The notes under the pieces: generated by a model | Told to the model about the DNA's origin: nothing | What the model saw: only the letters and a program-made list of their open reading frames with translations | The model's database searches: none | NCBI GenBank assembly: GCA_951406725.2 | Contig: OX597816.1 | Coordinates: 66,216,001 to 66,280,000, forward strand | Reading direction: 5' to 3' | Source of the DNA: Octopus vulgaris | Lineage: Eukaryota | Length of the DNA: 64,000 nucleotides | Made by a program: the position numbers and the translations under genes | Shown: positions 13,771-26,460 of the stretch, piece by piece | How positions within the stretch are numbered: the stretch's first letter is position 1 | Layout of the letters: each line of letters begins with the position of its first letter

Positions 13771-15484
13771 ACTGAGGGTGGAAAAGCAAGCGTCTAATGG
13801 AGTAGTGTGGTTCTGAACTATTTTTCACCTATAGACCCCTTCGATTCCAATTTTAGTTGGCTGGACCCTCGTAGCCATTCAATGTTTAAAAAAAAAATCC
13901 TATTATATTTTTATAATTAAATATTATTAGGAACTGTATTTAAAAAAAACTGTTGAAAGATTTTGTGTACTGAATAATCAATTTATTGCACATAATCTTT
14001 AACAGCAAAAAATTTATATGGATCCCCACCCCAGGGGTCATACGAACCCTCATTGAAAAACACTTGTCTAGAGTGATACTGGAAAGAGAATCTGTTGAAA
14101 AATTAATTTCAATACAACGTGTTTTTTACAAAGAAATAAAAGCCGAAGCAGTCCAATGTGGAACCGATGAAAAAAAAATTTTTTTTGAGTTGATATTTTT
14201 AAAGCAGTGTTTCACACAACACAGGGCAATTTCAAGCAAATGGTCCTTACCCCCCCCCCCAAGGACTTTCTATAAAATGAGTAGTAGCAATATACCCGGT
14301 TTGAAACTATTCTGAACATTTCCTTACAATAAATAAATAAACGGCCTTGTCAACAGAGAAAAGAATCCATTGCCTACTAACACAATGTAAATGATCAAAG
14401 TACGAAGGAGGGGGGTGACCTAACCTTCCCAACATAAACATCTAAAATTAGCTGGATATTACTTGCATGTGTGGAGAAATAGCATTCTACCAGCTATTGT
14501 TAACTTATTGTAAAAACGTTAGGAACACTATTTTATTTTTCATCTGAATAGCATAAATTCGTTGAGAAAATCTTTCTTCAATTATCTAAAACCAACAAAA
14601 AGGTATTATTTTGGAACAATTGCAAAAAATATATTATTTCCATATTAGACATCAAACGAAAAAAAAAATTGTCAATCACACATCGGCGATTAAATAAGTA
14701 AACATTGTCGGGTGCCGATAATTTAAATTACCATAATTATTGTTACATCGCTATTTAATTGTCGTAGTTATTACACAGGGTACTAGTTAATACATTACAT
14801 TACATTACATGGTGTTTATTTTTATTTATTTTTTGTAAAAACGTTTGAAAAATAGAAATTACATACACACACACAATATATATATATACATATATATATG
14901 AAAGAGAATGAGTGTTTGTGTTCCTGAAGAGCTGAAACAAAATATTTTATTGGACTTAACGATTATGGATAAAATTTGTATGTGTGTGTATATACATATA
15001 TGCTTAGTGTTGATTATGGGGGGGGAGTACTGAATACCATTGATATATGGCATTATATTGCACACTATCGAATTCTGTACTGTGGATATTACTATTTCTT
15101 CTAAAAAAATTTTTAAAAAAGCATTCAAGATGGAAATTCTCACCCTAATATCTTCTCATAATGTATGAGAGGATATGAACGCCACAATAAATACGGCAAT
15201 ACCTTTCTTACAATCTTACATTCGGAGGTTTTATCCTAAAACGTATAAAAAAAAAACTATAAATCTCCATATTTGTTAAATAGATACTGAAACCAATAAA
15301 AACAAGTTGATTGCGTCAAAATTATTTATTAAAGAATAGAAAAGAAAATTTTTTTTTCTGCTTTTATTTAAACAGGATTTTCCAAACAAAAATAAATAAA
15401 TAAAAAATCGGAAAAGGGTAAAAATGAATAGAACCGGGGTAACTAACCCATCTACTATATATCTATATAAGAAGTGTTTAGACG

Positions 15485-15520
15485 AAACCGGAGCTATATA
15501 GGAAGTGACGTCATCCGTTC
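15485..15520. promoter_or_regulatory. Candidate promoter with overlapping ETS-CRE composite motif GGAAGTGACGTCA
   Basis: Motif at about 15501-15513, near the middle of a CpG-retaining region (about 12.6-18.7 kb). Donor-like sites lie on both strands nearby. Confidence 0.5.
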
Positions 15521-16372
15521 TCACGGTTCTCTCAATGTCTATTGTTCAACACTAAAGTAAATATAAACATGAGCCATTATTATTACTATGAGAGCGAGTT
15601 GGATTGGCAGAATATGGTAGTGTCAGACTAAAATATCCTGAAATATTTTGTTATATCGCATTAAGCCGGGACGTCGACTTTGCCTTTCATCATTCTCAAG
15701 ATCGATTAAATAAAGTACCAGCCAAATTATGTGGCTGTTTGAGCAGCTAGAAAGAATAGCTAAATCACACGCCCAACTGTCCTAGAAAAATGAAGGATAC
15801 GTTCAATAATGGATGTAATTTTATTTTGTCAAATAATAAAAGGTAAAAAATTAGGGATGATCGCGGAAAGAATTTTTCTTACTCAGATCAAGGTGGAGAT
15901 GAAATTAAAAACACAAGTCTTAATATTACAGGCAGCAAGCTCTATCTTAAATTTAAAATTTAAAAACAAACATAGACTAAAATATAACTACATTTGTTTG
16001 CTGTCTTTTAAAAACAATTTTTTTTTAAATAAACGTAATTGGGTGGTTATTATTATTATTATTATTTTAAAGAAAATAATAAACTGACAAACATCTGTCT
16101 GTTTGTCTGGGTGAGTCAGTCAATAAAATGATGACACAGAAATGGCTACAGGTTTGCTTCTCCATTGATCGTCGATAATTCAGCAGGGAATAACAAAACA
16201 ATAATTATTTTCAAGAAACTAACACAGTCCGAGCAACGCATACCAAAATACTTCCTGTAATATTGTATCAATATCCATATAATAACTACATTAGGCGAAA
16301 GTATATATATTATTAAAGACTTCGGATTTCAAACTAGCCTAAAATCTAATTGCGATATTTATTTATTTTTTT

Positions 16373-16560
16373 ACCTGCATACACACACTAAAGATATATA
16401 AAGAATTATAATTATGTATATAAATACGTGTGTGTACTTTGGCGGACAAATAACCTGCATACACACACTAAAGATAAATATATATATTATAATTATATAT
16501 ATATAAAGAATTATAATTATATATATATAAATACGGGTGTGTACTTTGGCGGACAAATAA
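16373..16560. repeat. Tandem duplication of an 80-105 bp unit
   Basis: ACCTGCATACACACACTAAAGATA...GTGTACTTTGGCGGACAAATA occurs twice head to tail. Confidence 0.85.
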
Positions 16561-16755
16561 TTGGTTTCGTGCAAAGAATATTTTTCATTCAGTCGGATAT
16601 ATATATATGTGTAAACAATGTCTCCCTTTCAAATTTAATTGTTTATTTACCGACCAAGATTTATATATAACACAAAAAATACTATTAGACCACGCAACTC
16701 TCAAATACATTTTCTTATTGTTTATCTTTGTAAATTTGTGACTCAAAATATAATT

Positions 16756-16806
<51 letters not shown>

Positions 16807-16934
16807 GAATTCCAGATAAACCCACTATTATGCAACTCAAACAGTGATAGACATAATTTATATATTTATACTGTGAAATTTGATTTAATACTAAATTGAA
16901 TTTTTCCCTGTAAGTTTGGAGCTATACTCCCCAA

Positions 16935-17006
<72 letters not shown>

Positions 17007-17311
17007 GCACACACATTTTTTTTTATTTTTTGCCATCAAAACGGGTCATAAGTTGGTTAACAGTCTTTGTTTTCATTTTGTTATTCGTCTTATAAAGAGG
17101 CAGTATTTTATTTATTGTCATGATGTTTACCAAAACATAGGCACAAGACTGCAAAGTTAGTCTAGAAAAACAACTTCGAAAGACTAAAATAACAACCACT
17201 ACACTACTGTTATTAGGTAGTGGGGTGTCTGTGTTTCGCTTATTTTTTATCATTTCGGCTTAAGAGAAGCAAAAAAAAAAAAGAATTATGAAAGGAAATA
17301 CAAGTACGTAC

Positions 17312-17420
17312 CATACATTCTAGATCAGACCAACACGTATCATAAGGCAACCGCATCAACTCTGAAGCGTCTTCGCTGTCTCCGAGTCTTCTGACCGCTA
17401 ATTTGATGTATCCATCCATT
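17312..17420 (-). CDS. Candidate exon encoding MDGYIKLAVRRLGDSEDASELMRLPYDTCWSDLECM (NBR1-like PB1 N-terminus?)
   Basis: TTTTCCAG acceptor, ATG|GTACGT donor, only one open frame. TCWSDLECM resembles TTWADIEAM of NBR1. A matching next exon was not found. Confidence 0.4.
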
Positions 17421-18750
17421 CTGGAAAACGTTCTGAGATTCTTATTTTTTGCAATTGGTAATTGATGAGTTTAAAACAGAGGGGAAAAAAACCTTCGTAA
17501 AATTTGGAGGGGTTAAGGAATATGAAGGAAAATTTCAGAAGCCATAACACAATATAAGATTCTACTACTATTTGACACCGATTTGCCGAACAACTACCCA
17601 ATATTTATACATGAAATACAGTAAGCACTAAAAATACTAATACGCTTGTAAGAAATAGAACCTATTTTTTAAAGTTTTGCTATTTGAAAACAGCAGTTGA
17701 ATGATAAAATGTAACATTAAAATGTTTGGACAATATGTTTGCGCGAATAAAAAAGAAGTATATCAATATTTTCAGTCGATAACATTAAGTACGTAATTTA
17801 TGTTATGATTGTTATTGTATACAAACAGTGCGGATTGATTTTAGTTAAGTAATTTTCCTGTTAAGACATCTGACGTCACTGGCAGACAGCCGTCAGACAT
17901 TTTAGTAAAGTTATTCAGTCGTAGTCTGCTCCAGTCAATGGTAGAAGTTTCAAGAGAAAGACCTAAATGTTTTAATTTTGCACTTGTTAGCCACATGTCT
18001 CTATAAAAAAAAGTAATGGCTTTGAATCATTCAGATCAAAATTAAATATAGTCAGTGTGAACGTCTGATGATATATATATATTTAAATAATTAGACGTCC
18101 ATATATCAGAGCAATGAATCGATTGATGAACGAAATGATGACACCGATTATTATGAAAATTCATGGCCAATCATGATACCAAATAAATACAAAACCTAGA
18201 TATCTGAAGGTCAAACCTTTGTTAAATTTCGGTCAGCTACTTTATAAACAAAAAGTTGATTTTTAAAAAATCTAGCAATTAAATTTTAAATAAGCAGTTC
18301 ACTATATATATTTATTGTGTATCTGAAATACAATTCTTCGTTTAGGCGTCTTATTGAATACTGGACTGGAAAGCCTTTTAAAAAATTGGATGAATGTTTA
18401 TGTGCATTACAATATTTAATGCAGCCTATCCCATCGAACTCATCTATGCGCTTGGAAATACGAGAAACTTGATAGGAAAATGGCTGAAATTATACTTCCC
18501 AGCCATGAATTTAATCGGACATGCTTAGTCACGTGAACAGTAGGCTATTGAGACAGTATCTCTAGAGTTATCTCAACGCTATAATAATTACACTCGACTT
18601 TTTTTTTTTTACCCCTTGCTTGTAAATTCAAACACATTTGTTCTGATTCAAAGCTTATAATGGCAAATCTGATGAAAGCCATGCAAATGGTACAAGATGC
18701 TTTTGAATTATACATATGTGTGCGTATGTATATATATATATATATATATA

Positions 18751-20385
18751 CAGTTGCGGCCAAAATGTGCAGAACGACATTGTTTTTGTCAGAAAAGAAG
18801 GTATAAGTTTTTATCAAAGTTGTTTTATATTCTATAATTTTCACAGTCAATAAATACGATATTAATTAGTATTGTCTGAGATTTTGGTGTAATTTGAGTG
18901 GATAATACAAAAGTTATGGATGATTTAGTGATTTACTGTAAAACCCATGGTGGCCAAAATTATCAGAACGGTTGAAAAAATAAAATAATCAAAAGTGACA
19001 GAGAATGCTGGAATTATTTCATATTTAGTGTGAAGCCCTTTAGCTTCAATCAAACTTTGACTGCATGAGGAAATCAAATTTTCAATTTCTTGCTGGGTGA
19101 TCTTATTCCATTCTTCCTGAAGGGCATTCCATAATTGCTCGGTTGTTTTAGGATTTCTGGCTTTCGAACCTTCTCCAGGAGACCTGGATGTTGTCTTTCC
19201 GACTCCAGCACATGTTTTCAATAGGATTGAGATATGGGCTTTGAGCAGGCCAATCCATAACAATAACTTTTTCAGCCTTGAGGAAGTTCATGACCGCCGT
19301 AGTCTTGTGACATGGGGCATTGTCCTGCATGAATATGGGTGGTCGCTTAGTTGAATTTCTCAGCACAGGCAAGACATGATCTTTTACAAGTTGTTTATAA
19401 ACTCCTGCATTTACCTTTCCATGTAATCGCACCAAAGGGCCCACACCATCTCCAGATATCATCCCCCAAACCATGACACTTCCTCCACCGAATTTAACAC
19501 TAGTCTTAAGGCATTTAGGCGACAATTTTTCGCCTGCTTTTCGACGAACGTACCTTTTCCCATCTGAGCCAAATAACATAGACTTAGATTCATCACTGAA
19601 ATGCACCGTTTGCCATTTTTCTTGAGACCACAACACATGTTCGGTTGCAAAGGTAATATGACATTTTTTATTCTTGGAGCTGATCAGTGGCTTCACTGCA
19701 GGTGCTCTTGCTTGTAGGTCATGTTCAACTAAACGACGAGACAGTTTTTTGAGATAAAGTTTTCTTCAGTACAATGCTCATTTCCTGAGAAACAGCAGCA
19801 ACAGTTTTAAATCTAACCCTTTTAACCAACTTTACCATAGCACGATCTTCTCTCTTAATCGTTTTTCTTGGCCTACCTGTAGACTTTCTTGTTTCACACG
19901 AACCACAATCATCGTAGACCTTAAGAATACCGTGAACAACACTTTTTGACTTGTTAACAATCTTTGCAATAGACCCAATACTTAAATTATCCTTCTTTCG
20001 AAGCTTAATAATCTGCTGACGAATTGGTAACGGAGTAAGTGGCATTATATTAACAAAGTACACTGCAGATATTCTTACTAATGTTTAGTAATCGAACTGT
20101 AACGTAAACAAATTCAAAACATTAGAGCTCGACGGTTAAATATACTAAAACATGGAGTAAAAGCAACCGTTCTGATCATTTTGGCCGTCATGGGTTTTGC
20201 AGTAAATCACTAAATCATCCATAACTTTTGTATTATCCTCTCAAATTACACCAAAATCTCAGACAATAACAAATAATATCGTATTTATTGTCTGTGAAAA
20301 TTATACAATATAAAACAACTTTGATAAAAACTTATACCTAATTTTTCTGGCGAAAACAAGGCCGTTCTGAACATTTTGGCCGCAA

Positions 20386-20388
<3 letters not shown>
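18751..20388 (-). mobile_element. Near-full-length Tc1 (DD34E) transposon with about 220-bp IR/DR termini; transposase frameshifted
   Basis: Termini CAGTTGCGGCCAAAAT sit in (TA)n. ORF pieces give an HTH region with TGRPRK, then FSDESK, QDNAPCH and SPYLNPIEN, with 34 residues between the second D and E. Frame breaks near 19730 and 19200. Confidence 0.97.
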
Positions 20389-20440
<52 letters not shown>

Positions 20441-20469
20441 CATATATATATATTATATTATATATATAG

Positions 20470-20835
20470 AAGTGGGTGTATGGTAAGTAGCTTGCTTACC
20501 AACCACATGGTTCCGGGTTCAGTCCCACTGCATGGCACCTTGGGTAAGTGTCTTCTACTATAGCCTTAGGTCGACCAAAACCTTGTGAGTGGATTTGGTA
20601 GACGGAAGCTGAAAGAAGCCTGTCATATGTATGTATGTGTGTGTGTATATGTTTGTGTGTCTGTGATTGTTCCCCCAACATCGCTTGACAACCGATGCTG
20701 GTGTGTTTACGTCCCTGTAACTTAGCGGTTCGGCAAAAGACACCGATAGAATAAGTACTGGGCTTACAAAGAATAAGTCCTGGGGTCGATTTGCTCGACT
20801 AAAGGCAGTGCTCCAGCATGGCCACTGTCAAATGG
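20470..20835 (+). mobile_element. tRNA-headed SINE (family C) with internal microsatellite
   Basis: GGTTCAGTCCC B-box head and shared body. Other copies at about 29845-30240, 34940-36595 and 47280. Confidence 0.85.
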
Positions 20836-22052
20836 GTGCTTTTTTACATGCCACCGGCAGAGGGGGCTGGCATTGACCATGATCGGATGATGCCTTTTAC
20901 GTGCCACCAGCACAGGGACCACAACTACAATTTCCATCTGATTGCAATTTGATTTGATTTTGATGTTGATGTACTTGACTCAACAGGTCTCCTCAAGCAC
21001 GGCATGTCACCCTATGATTAAAAGAAAATGGATTATTTAATTGGGAAACTTCACTCATCAGAAAACTGTAACTACGTCTGCCAATGCACTTTGATTTGCT
21101 TTCTGTCCTTTCCATAGCAACAACTATAATGTCTTGAAACAAGTAAAGTGTTTTCCACCATACCTCAGCTACTCTTAATCAATGCACCCTCGTTTCCTCC
21201 ATTCATTGTCCTGAAAATAATCTTACAAGAAACGTTTTTCTCTCAAATCTTCCTCCCTGAAATGTAATCCTTTGAAGGTTCCTCTTGGAGCAAGTTTCCA
21301 TGATACTTTGTCGTCTCCGGCAGGACAAGTGAGACCATAACACTTGGCCTCTACCTGGGATGTAGCCACCACTTATGCATACCTTTCCTTCTTGGGACAC
21401 AAAACTCTGCTTGTGAAGACCTGTTGAGGCAAGTAAAATCGAAATCGATCAAAAATCAATGGAAATTGTAGTTGTGATACCAGTGCCAGTGGCATGTAAA
21501 AGAACCATCTGAACGTGGCCATTGCCAGTGCTGCCTTGACTGGCCGCCGTGCCGGTGGCACGTAAAAAGCACCAACCGATTGTGGCCGTTGCCAGCCTTG
21601 ACCGGCACCTGTGCCGGTGGCACGTAAAAAGCACCCACTACATTCATGGAGTGGTTGGCGTTAGGAAGGGCATCCAGCCATAGAAACACTGCCAGATCAG
21701 ACTGGGCCTGGTGCAGCCTCCTGGCTTCCTAGACCCCAGTCGGACTGTCCAACCCATGCTAGAATGGAAAGCAGACGTCAAACGATGATGATGAAGACCT
21801 AACATCATCATCAGTGATCTAACTTCATCTTTTAGCGTTTACTTATTTCTGTCATTGGACTGCAACCATGCTGGAGCACCATCTTGAAGTGTTCAGTCAA
21901 ACAAATCAACACCTATAGTTATTTTTTTAAAGTCTTGCACCTATTTTATTGGTCTCTCTAGCTGAACTGGTAACTTATGAACACATAAACAAACCAGTAC
22001 TAGTTGTCAAGAAATGTTGTTGGGATACACCCACTCACACAAATGTTGTATG

Positions 22053-22222
22053 TTTAAAAAATAATTATTAAGAACAGAAACTATTAATACCAAAAGGCAA
22101 TTTTTATATCCAACTTAACATGGATGCTTTGTTAGAATGCATTCACAAAACATCCATGTTAAGTTGAATATAAAGATTGTCTTTTGATATTTATACTGTC
22201 TCTTGCTAATAATTATTTTTTA
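22053..22222. repeat. Fold-back inverted repeat with arms of about 75 bp
   Basis: ...TATATCCAACTTAACATGGATGCTTTGT pairs with ACAAAACATCCATGTTAAGTTGAATATA..., with a short loop. Confidence 0.85.
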
Positions 22223-22537
22223 AGAAGCTTGCTGGTTATTTGCAATGTCAGTACCTGGAAAAGACACTGATATATATATATATATATATATAGTTGGCAG
22301 TGAGATAGATTTGGCTTTTCTGCAGCTACCAGATGCCTGCCACTGAGGAGTCTAGGTACGTTGAGATCATGTGATCTGGCAATTCTGGTGCCCATGGCAG
22401 ACAATTCTGCCAATGATATAAATATGTGTGCTTTTTTTGTAGTATGCCTCCATATGAGAGGTCCTCTCAAGGTAAATACAGCAGTATTTGGTGTTCTAAC
22501 AAAACAATCATGTTAAGTTGGATGTAAAAATTGCTTT

Positions 22538-22813
22538 ATGCATGCTTGTTTAGAGGACACCCACTTGCCAAAACAGGTATCGTATGGTAAGCTAGAGCAA
22601 GGAAAACATTCCCAGTACAAGTCAGGCAAACATTTCAAAGACAATTTTAAAGACACACTTAAAAAGATCAATATCAGTACTAAGACCTCGGAAGATCTTG
22701 CATCAGATAGGAAACTGAGGAGGAATCTGATTGCTAATGGTGTTAAAGTATTCAAGAACTATAGCATTACATACACTGAGTTGAAACATGCTGATAAAAT
22801 ATGGAGGATGTGA
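22538..22813 (+). mobile_element. RTE-clade LINE C-terminal remnant
   Basis: LPKQVSYGKLEQGKH...FKDNFKDTLK...LASDRKL matches the RTE LPKQLLYGEL...FKD.LK...LA.DR..WR pattern. Confidence 0.8.
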
Positions 22814-23214
22814 ACCCTCTTCCTGGGAAGGGCACAAAAGAGTCTCTTCCATGGGACCAGTATGGTTGTATTTGCTTCTCAAAGAAATGCTTATTCAGCT
22901 AGAAGCATGGTTCTGGAGATACCCTCATCTATCAGCATGTATTTTTGTATACACTGTGTAGCAGAGTGTGTAGGTCAGACAGTGGACTCAACCAGTATTG
23001 TAGTTCCCAGAATCCAGATGGTTGGGTTGTTGATGGAAGGCAGACTTGTGGTCAGTGTTGGAATGACTTTGAGGTCCCTTGCAGGCCTCAGGAGCCACAG
23101 GAGATGTCACCAGCAATGGGGAGACCAAATGTGAGATATGTTTCTTACAGTGAAATGGGTCTAAGAAGTGGTCTTACTCATGAGTCAACTTCCACCACTT
23201 TGTATGAATGTCTA

Positions 23215-23408
23215 TCTGTTCGAAGGTCGTGCTTCACCACTTCATCCAAGGTCTTCCTGGGTCTACCTCTTTCACAGGTTCCCTCAACCACTAGGGTGTG
23301 GCACTTTTTCACACAGCTATCCTCACCCATTCTCGCCACATGACCATACCAGCACAGTCATCTCTCTTGCACACCACATCTGATGCTTCTTAAGTCCAAC
23401 TTTTCTTG
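23215..23408 (-). mobile_element. RTE-clade LINE remnant
   Basis: Minus frame WYGHVARMGEDSCVKKCHTLVVEGTCERGRPRKT. Confidence 0.85.
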
Positions 23409-24384
23409 TAGGGTATTAAGAGCACCATCCGAGCGTGATCGTTGCCAGAGCGGCTATATGGCCTCCGTGCCGATGACACGTAAAGGACATCATTCAAGTG
23501 TGATCGTTACCAGCGTCGCCTTACTAGCACCTGTGCCAGTGGCATGTGTAAAAGATTCGAGCAAGGTTGTTGCCAGTACCGCCTGACTGGCCTCGTGCCA
23601 GTGGCATGTAAAAGCACCCACTACGTTCTCAGAGTGGTTGGCATTAGGAAGGGCATCCAGCTGTAGAAACTCTGACAGATCAAGATTGAAACCTGGTGCA
23701 GCCATCTGGTTCGCCAGCACCTCAGTCATTCGTCCAACCCATGCTAGCATGGAAAGCGAACGTTAAACGATGATGATGATGATGAAAGATTGAATGACTG
23801 CTCAGAAACTCTGTCTTTGGTTATATTGAAGGCATTCCATTAGTTGCTGTTGTTGAGCCCATAAAATAAAAGCTATTCCAACTGTGTCCTTCTTTTTTTA
23901 CCCATGATGAGAATCGGCTGCTATTTCTAGCAGCTTGAGTTACTTCAAAGCTTCAGAAGCTAACATGTTTCTGTATGCATGTGCTCATGCAAATAAACAA
24001 ATTACTGTGTGCAGGAATGGACCCAAGGAAGTGGGGCTTCAGGGGCACATGCCTCCCTTAAGAAAAGAAGCATGGTATTGTAAATAATGTTATTACGCCC
24101 TTTTCTCCTGGAATTGTATTACCTTCTGACCTTGTGCCCTCCTTTTGAAAACTCCTTCAGACTGTGCCTGGTGTGTGTGTGCATGCACTAGTCAATGAGC
24201 ACATATTATTACTAATGTTTGTGTCTACATGCTAATATTGGAGTGTGTGATTTGAGGGGAATTTGACTTTTTACCATGTCTAACTACTATGCAGAGACTT
24301 CAAATAGGCTGATACATACATAATATACATATGCAGCTGTGCTCAAAAATTTCAAACATAGGTCTGAAAATTAGAATCTTTATA

Positions 24385-24600
24385 TTAAATGCTTAGCGCA
24401 CCGGGCGAAAGGCTTAGCGGTATTTCGTCTGTCGTTACGTTCTGAGTCCAAATTCCGCCGAGGTCGACTTTGCCTTTCATCCTCTTGGGGTCAATAAATA
24501 AAGTACCAGTTTCACACTGGGTCGATGTAATCGACTTAATCCGTTTGTCTGTCCTTGTTTGTCCCCTCTATGTTTAACCCCTTGTGGGTAGTAAAGAAAT
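24385..24600 (+). mobile_element. SINE family D (core GAGGTCGACTTTGCCTTTCATCC...AAGTACCAG, Meta/MESC-like)
   Basis: Repeated at about 25330-25552 (-), 37603-37760 (-), 50715-50905 (-), 51065-51235 (+), 60635-60840 (+) and 62170-62580 (+, tandem). The Meta/MESC domain name is from recall. Confidence 0.8.
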
Positions 24601-26425
24601 ATATATGAAATGCTTAAAGTTATATTTAATTTGCAATATATTATTACTTGGGCATAAGTTTGAAACATATGTATGAAAATTATGATTTTTATATTAAATG
24701 ACAATTTGAGTCAAATTGTGCTTGGGCATAACAATTTTAATTTTTTTTTAAATACTCCAAACTTTTGGCCACAACTGAATGTACACACACACACACACAT
24801 ACAAGACAATAAGGAGTGATTTGAGCAAGAGTTGGCTGCTGTTTCTATCTAGTCTGAATTGTCTTCTGTGTTGTTAATACATACATAACTTGCAATTCAT
24901 TGAAGCATTATTTTCACAAATGCACTAAATTGAAGCAAGTGATTTTAAGATGTGTAGACATAACATACCTATTTAATACTAGGGAAATATAAAAGAAGAA
25001 AAAAAATAGAGTATTATACTCAGGTCCAGATTAAGACCCATAGAGGCCCTAAGCACTTAATACCTTCATATGTACATAATTCGAAATATAAACAATAATA
25101 AACTATAGAATAAATTTTTATTTTTCAAAATATAACAAAATTAACAGTAAGATGGAAAACAATATTTATTTTTGTATACTTCCACTTTAGATTTTTATAC
25201 CCCACTTTGTATATTTGTAACCTGGCACCATTTTGTTGGCATGTGCACACATATTGTGTAAAGTACTGTCTGTCTGAGGTCCTTGTTGTGACTTGACAAA
25301 CAGTATAAAACCCTGGTAGACACAATATCTGTTTCTTTATTACCCACAAGGGGCTAAACATAGAGGGGACAGACAAACAGATTAAGTTGATTACATCAAC
25401 CCCAGTGCGTAACTGGTACTTAATTTATCGCCCCCAAAAGGATGAAAGGCAAAGTAGACCCCGGCGGAATTTGAACTCAGAACCTAACGGCAGACGAAAT
25501 ACGGCTACGCATTTCGTCCGGCGTGCTAACGTTTCTGCCAGCTCGCTGCCTTCTGGTAGACACAATATCTTCAATCAACAACCTCACCAAATTGTATACT
25601 GTATGATATCTAAAATAATAACAACAACAATTATAATAATTATAATGCTTTCTTTATTAATCACAAAGGATCAAAGGTGTGGGATTTCTGGAATTACATA
25701 AAAAAAAGGTAAACAAGGGAAATTATACACAATTCAAACAAAGAAAAATTCTAAATTAGGGAGACAGATTTTCAAGGGCTACTTGTGGAAACCCCTATAA
25801 AAATCATGACCACCCTAACCACTAGCACACATGTCCTCTCCAAGTGGTCCTTCTCTAATCTACCAGCAGAAATTCGGAGCCGGTCCATTTACTTGAGCCA
25901 CATTCACCACACTTACTGCTGTCATCCAACATTATATGAATTTGCTGGGAGCAAAACTTGCCCCCTCTACCCTCTTTTTCAAGTGAAACCTGATAAAGGT
26001 GAATGAGGGTTTTGCAAAAGAAGATATCTTTCTTTAGCCCTTTCAATTTTGTTCATCATAGTCTCTTTCACCTAAGCCACCAGACAGATACACACTGCCT
26101 GCTCTTCCCAGCCAAAAAAAGCTGTGGTGTGGGACAATCTTTACAATGGACTCAGCTGATAACTGGACCATCCTACATGTAACAGCTGCTGTTTGGCATA
26201 ATTCCATAAGTCAGAAATGCTTGGACCATTCTTATTAACAACAGTTCAAAATGCAATGGATGCTTGATTTTTGTCAACTTTGGCAATATGTATCTAATGA
26301 TATAAATAATATATATATATATAGTTAATCCAAACATGAAAACACACAGAGAAAACACAACAATGCGAGGACGTGGAACAAGTATAGTGTTACTGGACGC
26401 TCAGGAAAGGAAAGAAAGAAGGAGG

Positions 26426-26460
26426 ATTTAACATTTCAAGCAGAGCTCTTCGTCAGAAAC
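26426..26460 (-). ncRNA. Minimal type I hammerhead ribozyme motif in a short (TA)n-inserted element
   Basis: GUUU-CUGACGA-A-GAGC ucu GCUU-GAAA-UGUU-AAAU: core boxes, stem II and a short stem I. Confidence 0.65.

Noticed and set aside
18135-18207. ATGATGA...CTGA as a C/D snoRNA
   Set aside because: No terminal stem and no recognisable rRNA-complementary guide. The motifs are expected by chance in AT-rich DNA.
21480-21635. Repeat-spacer pattern resembling a CRISPR array (also 7500-7775 and 2236-2315)
   Set aside because: Eukaryotic context, no cas genes, spacers related to each other, and the arrays are internal parts of dispersed transposable elements.
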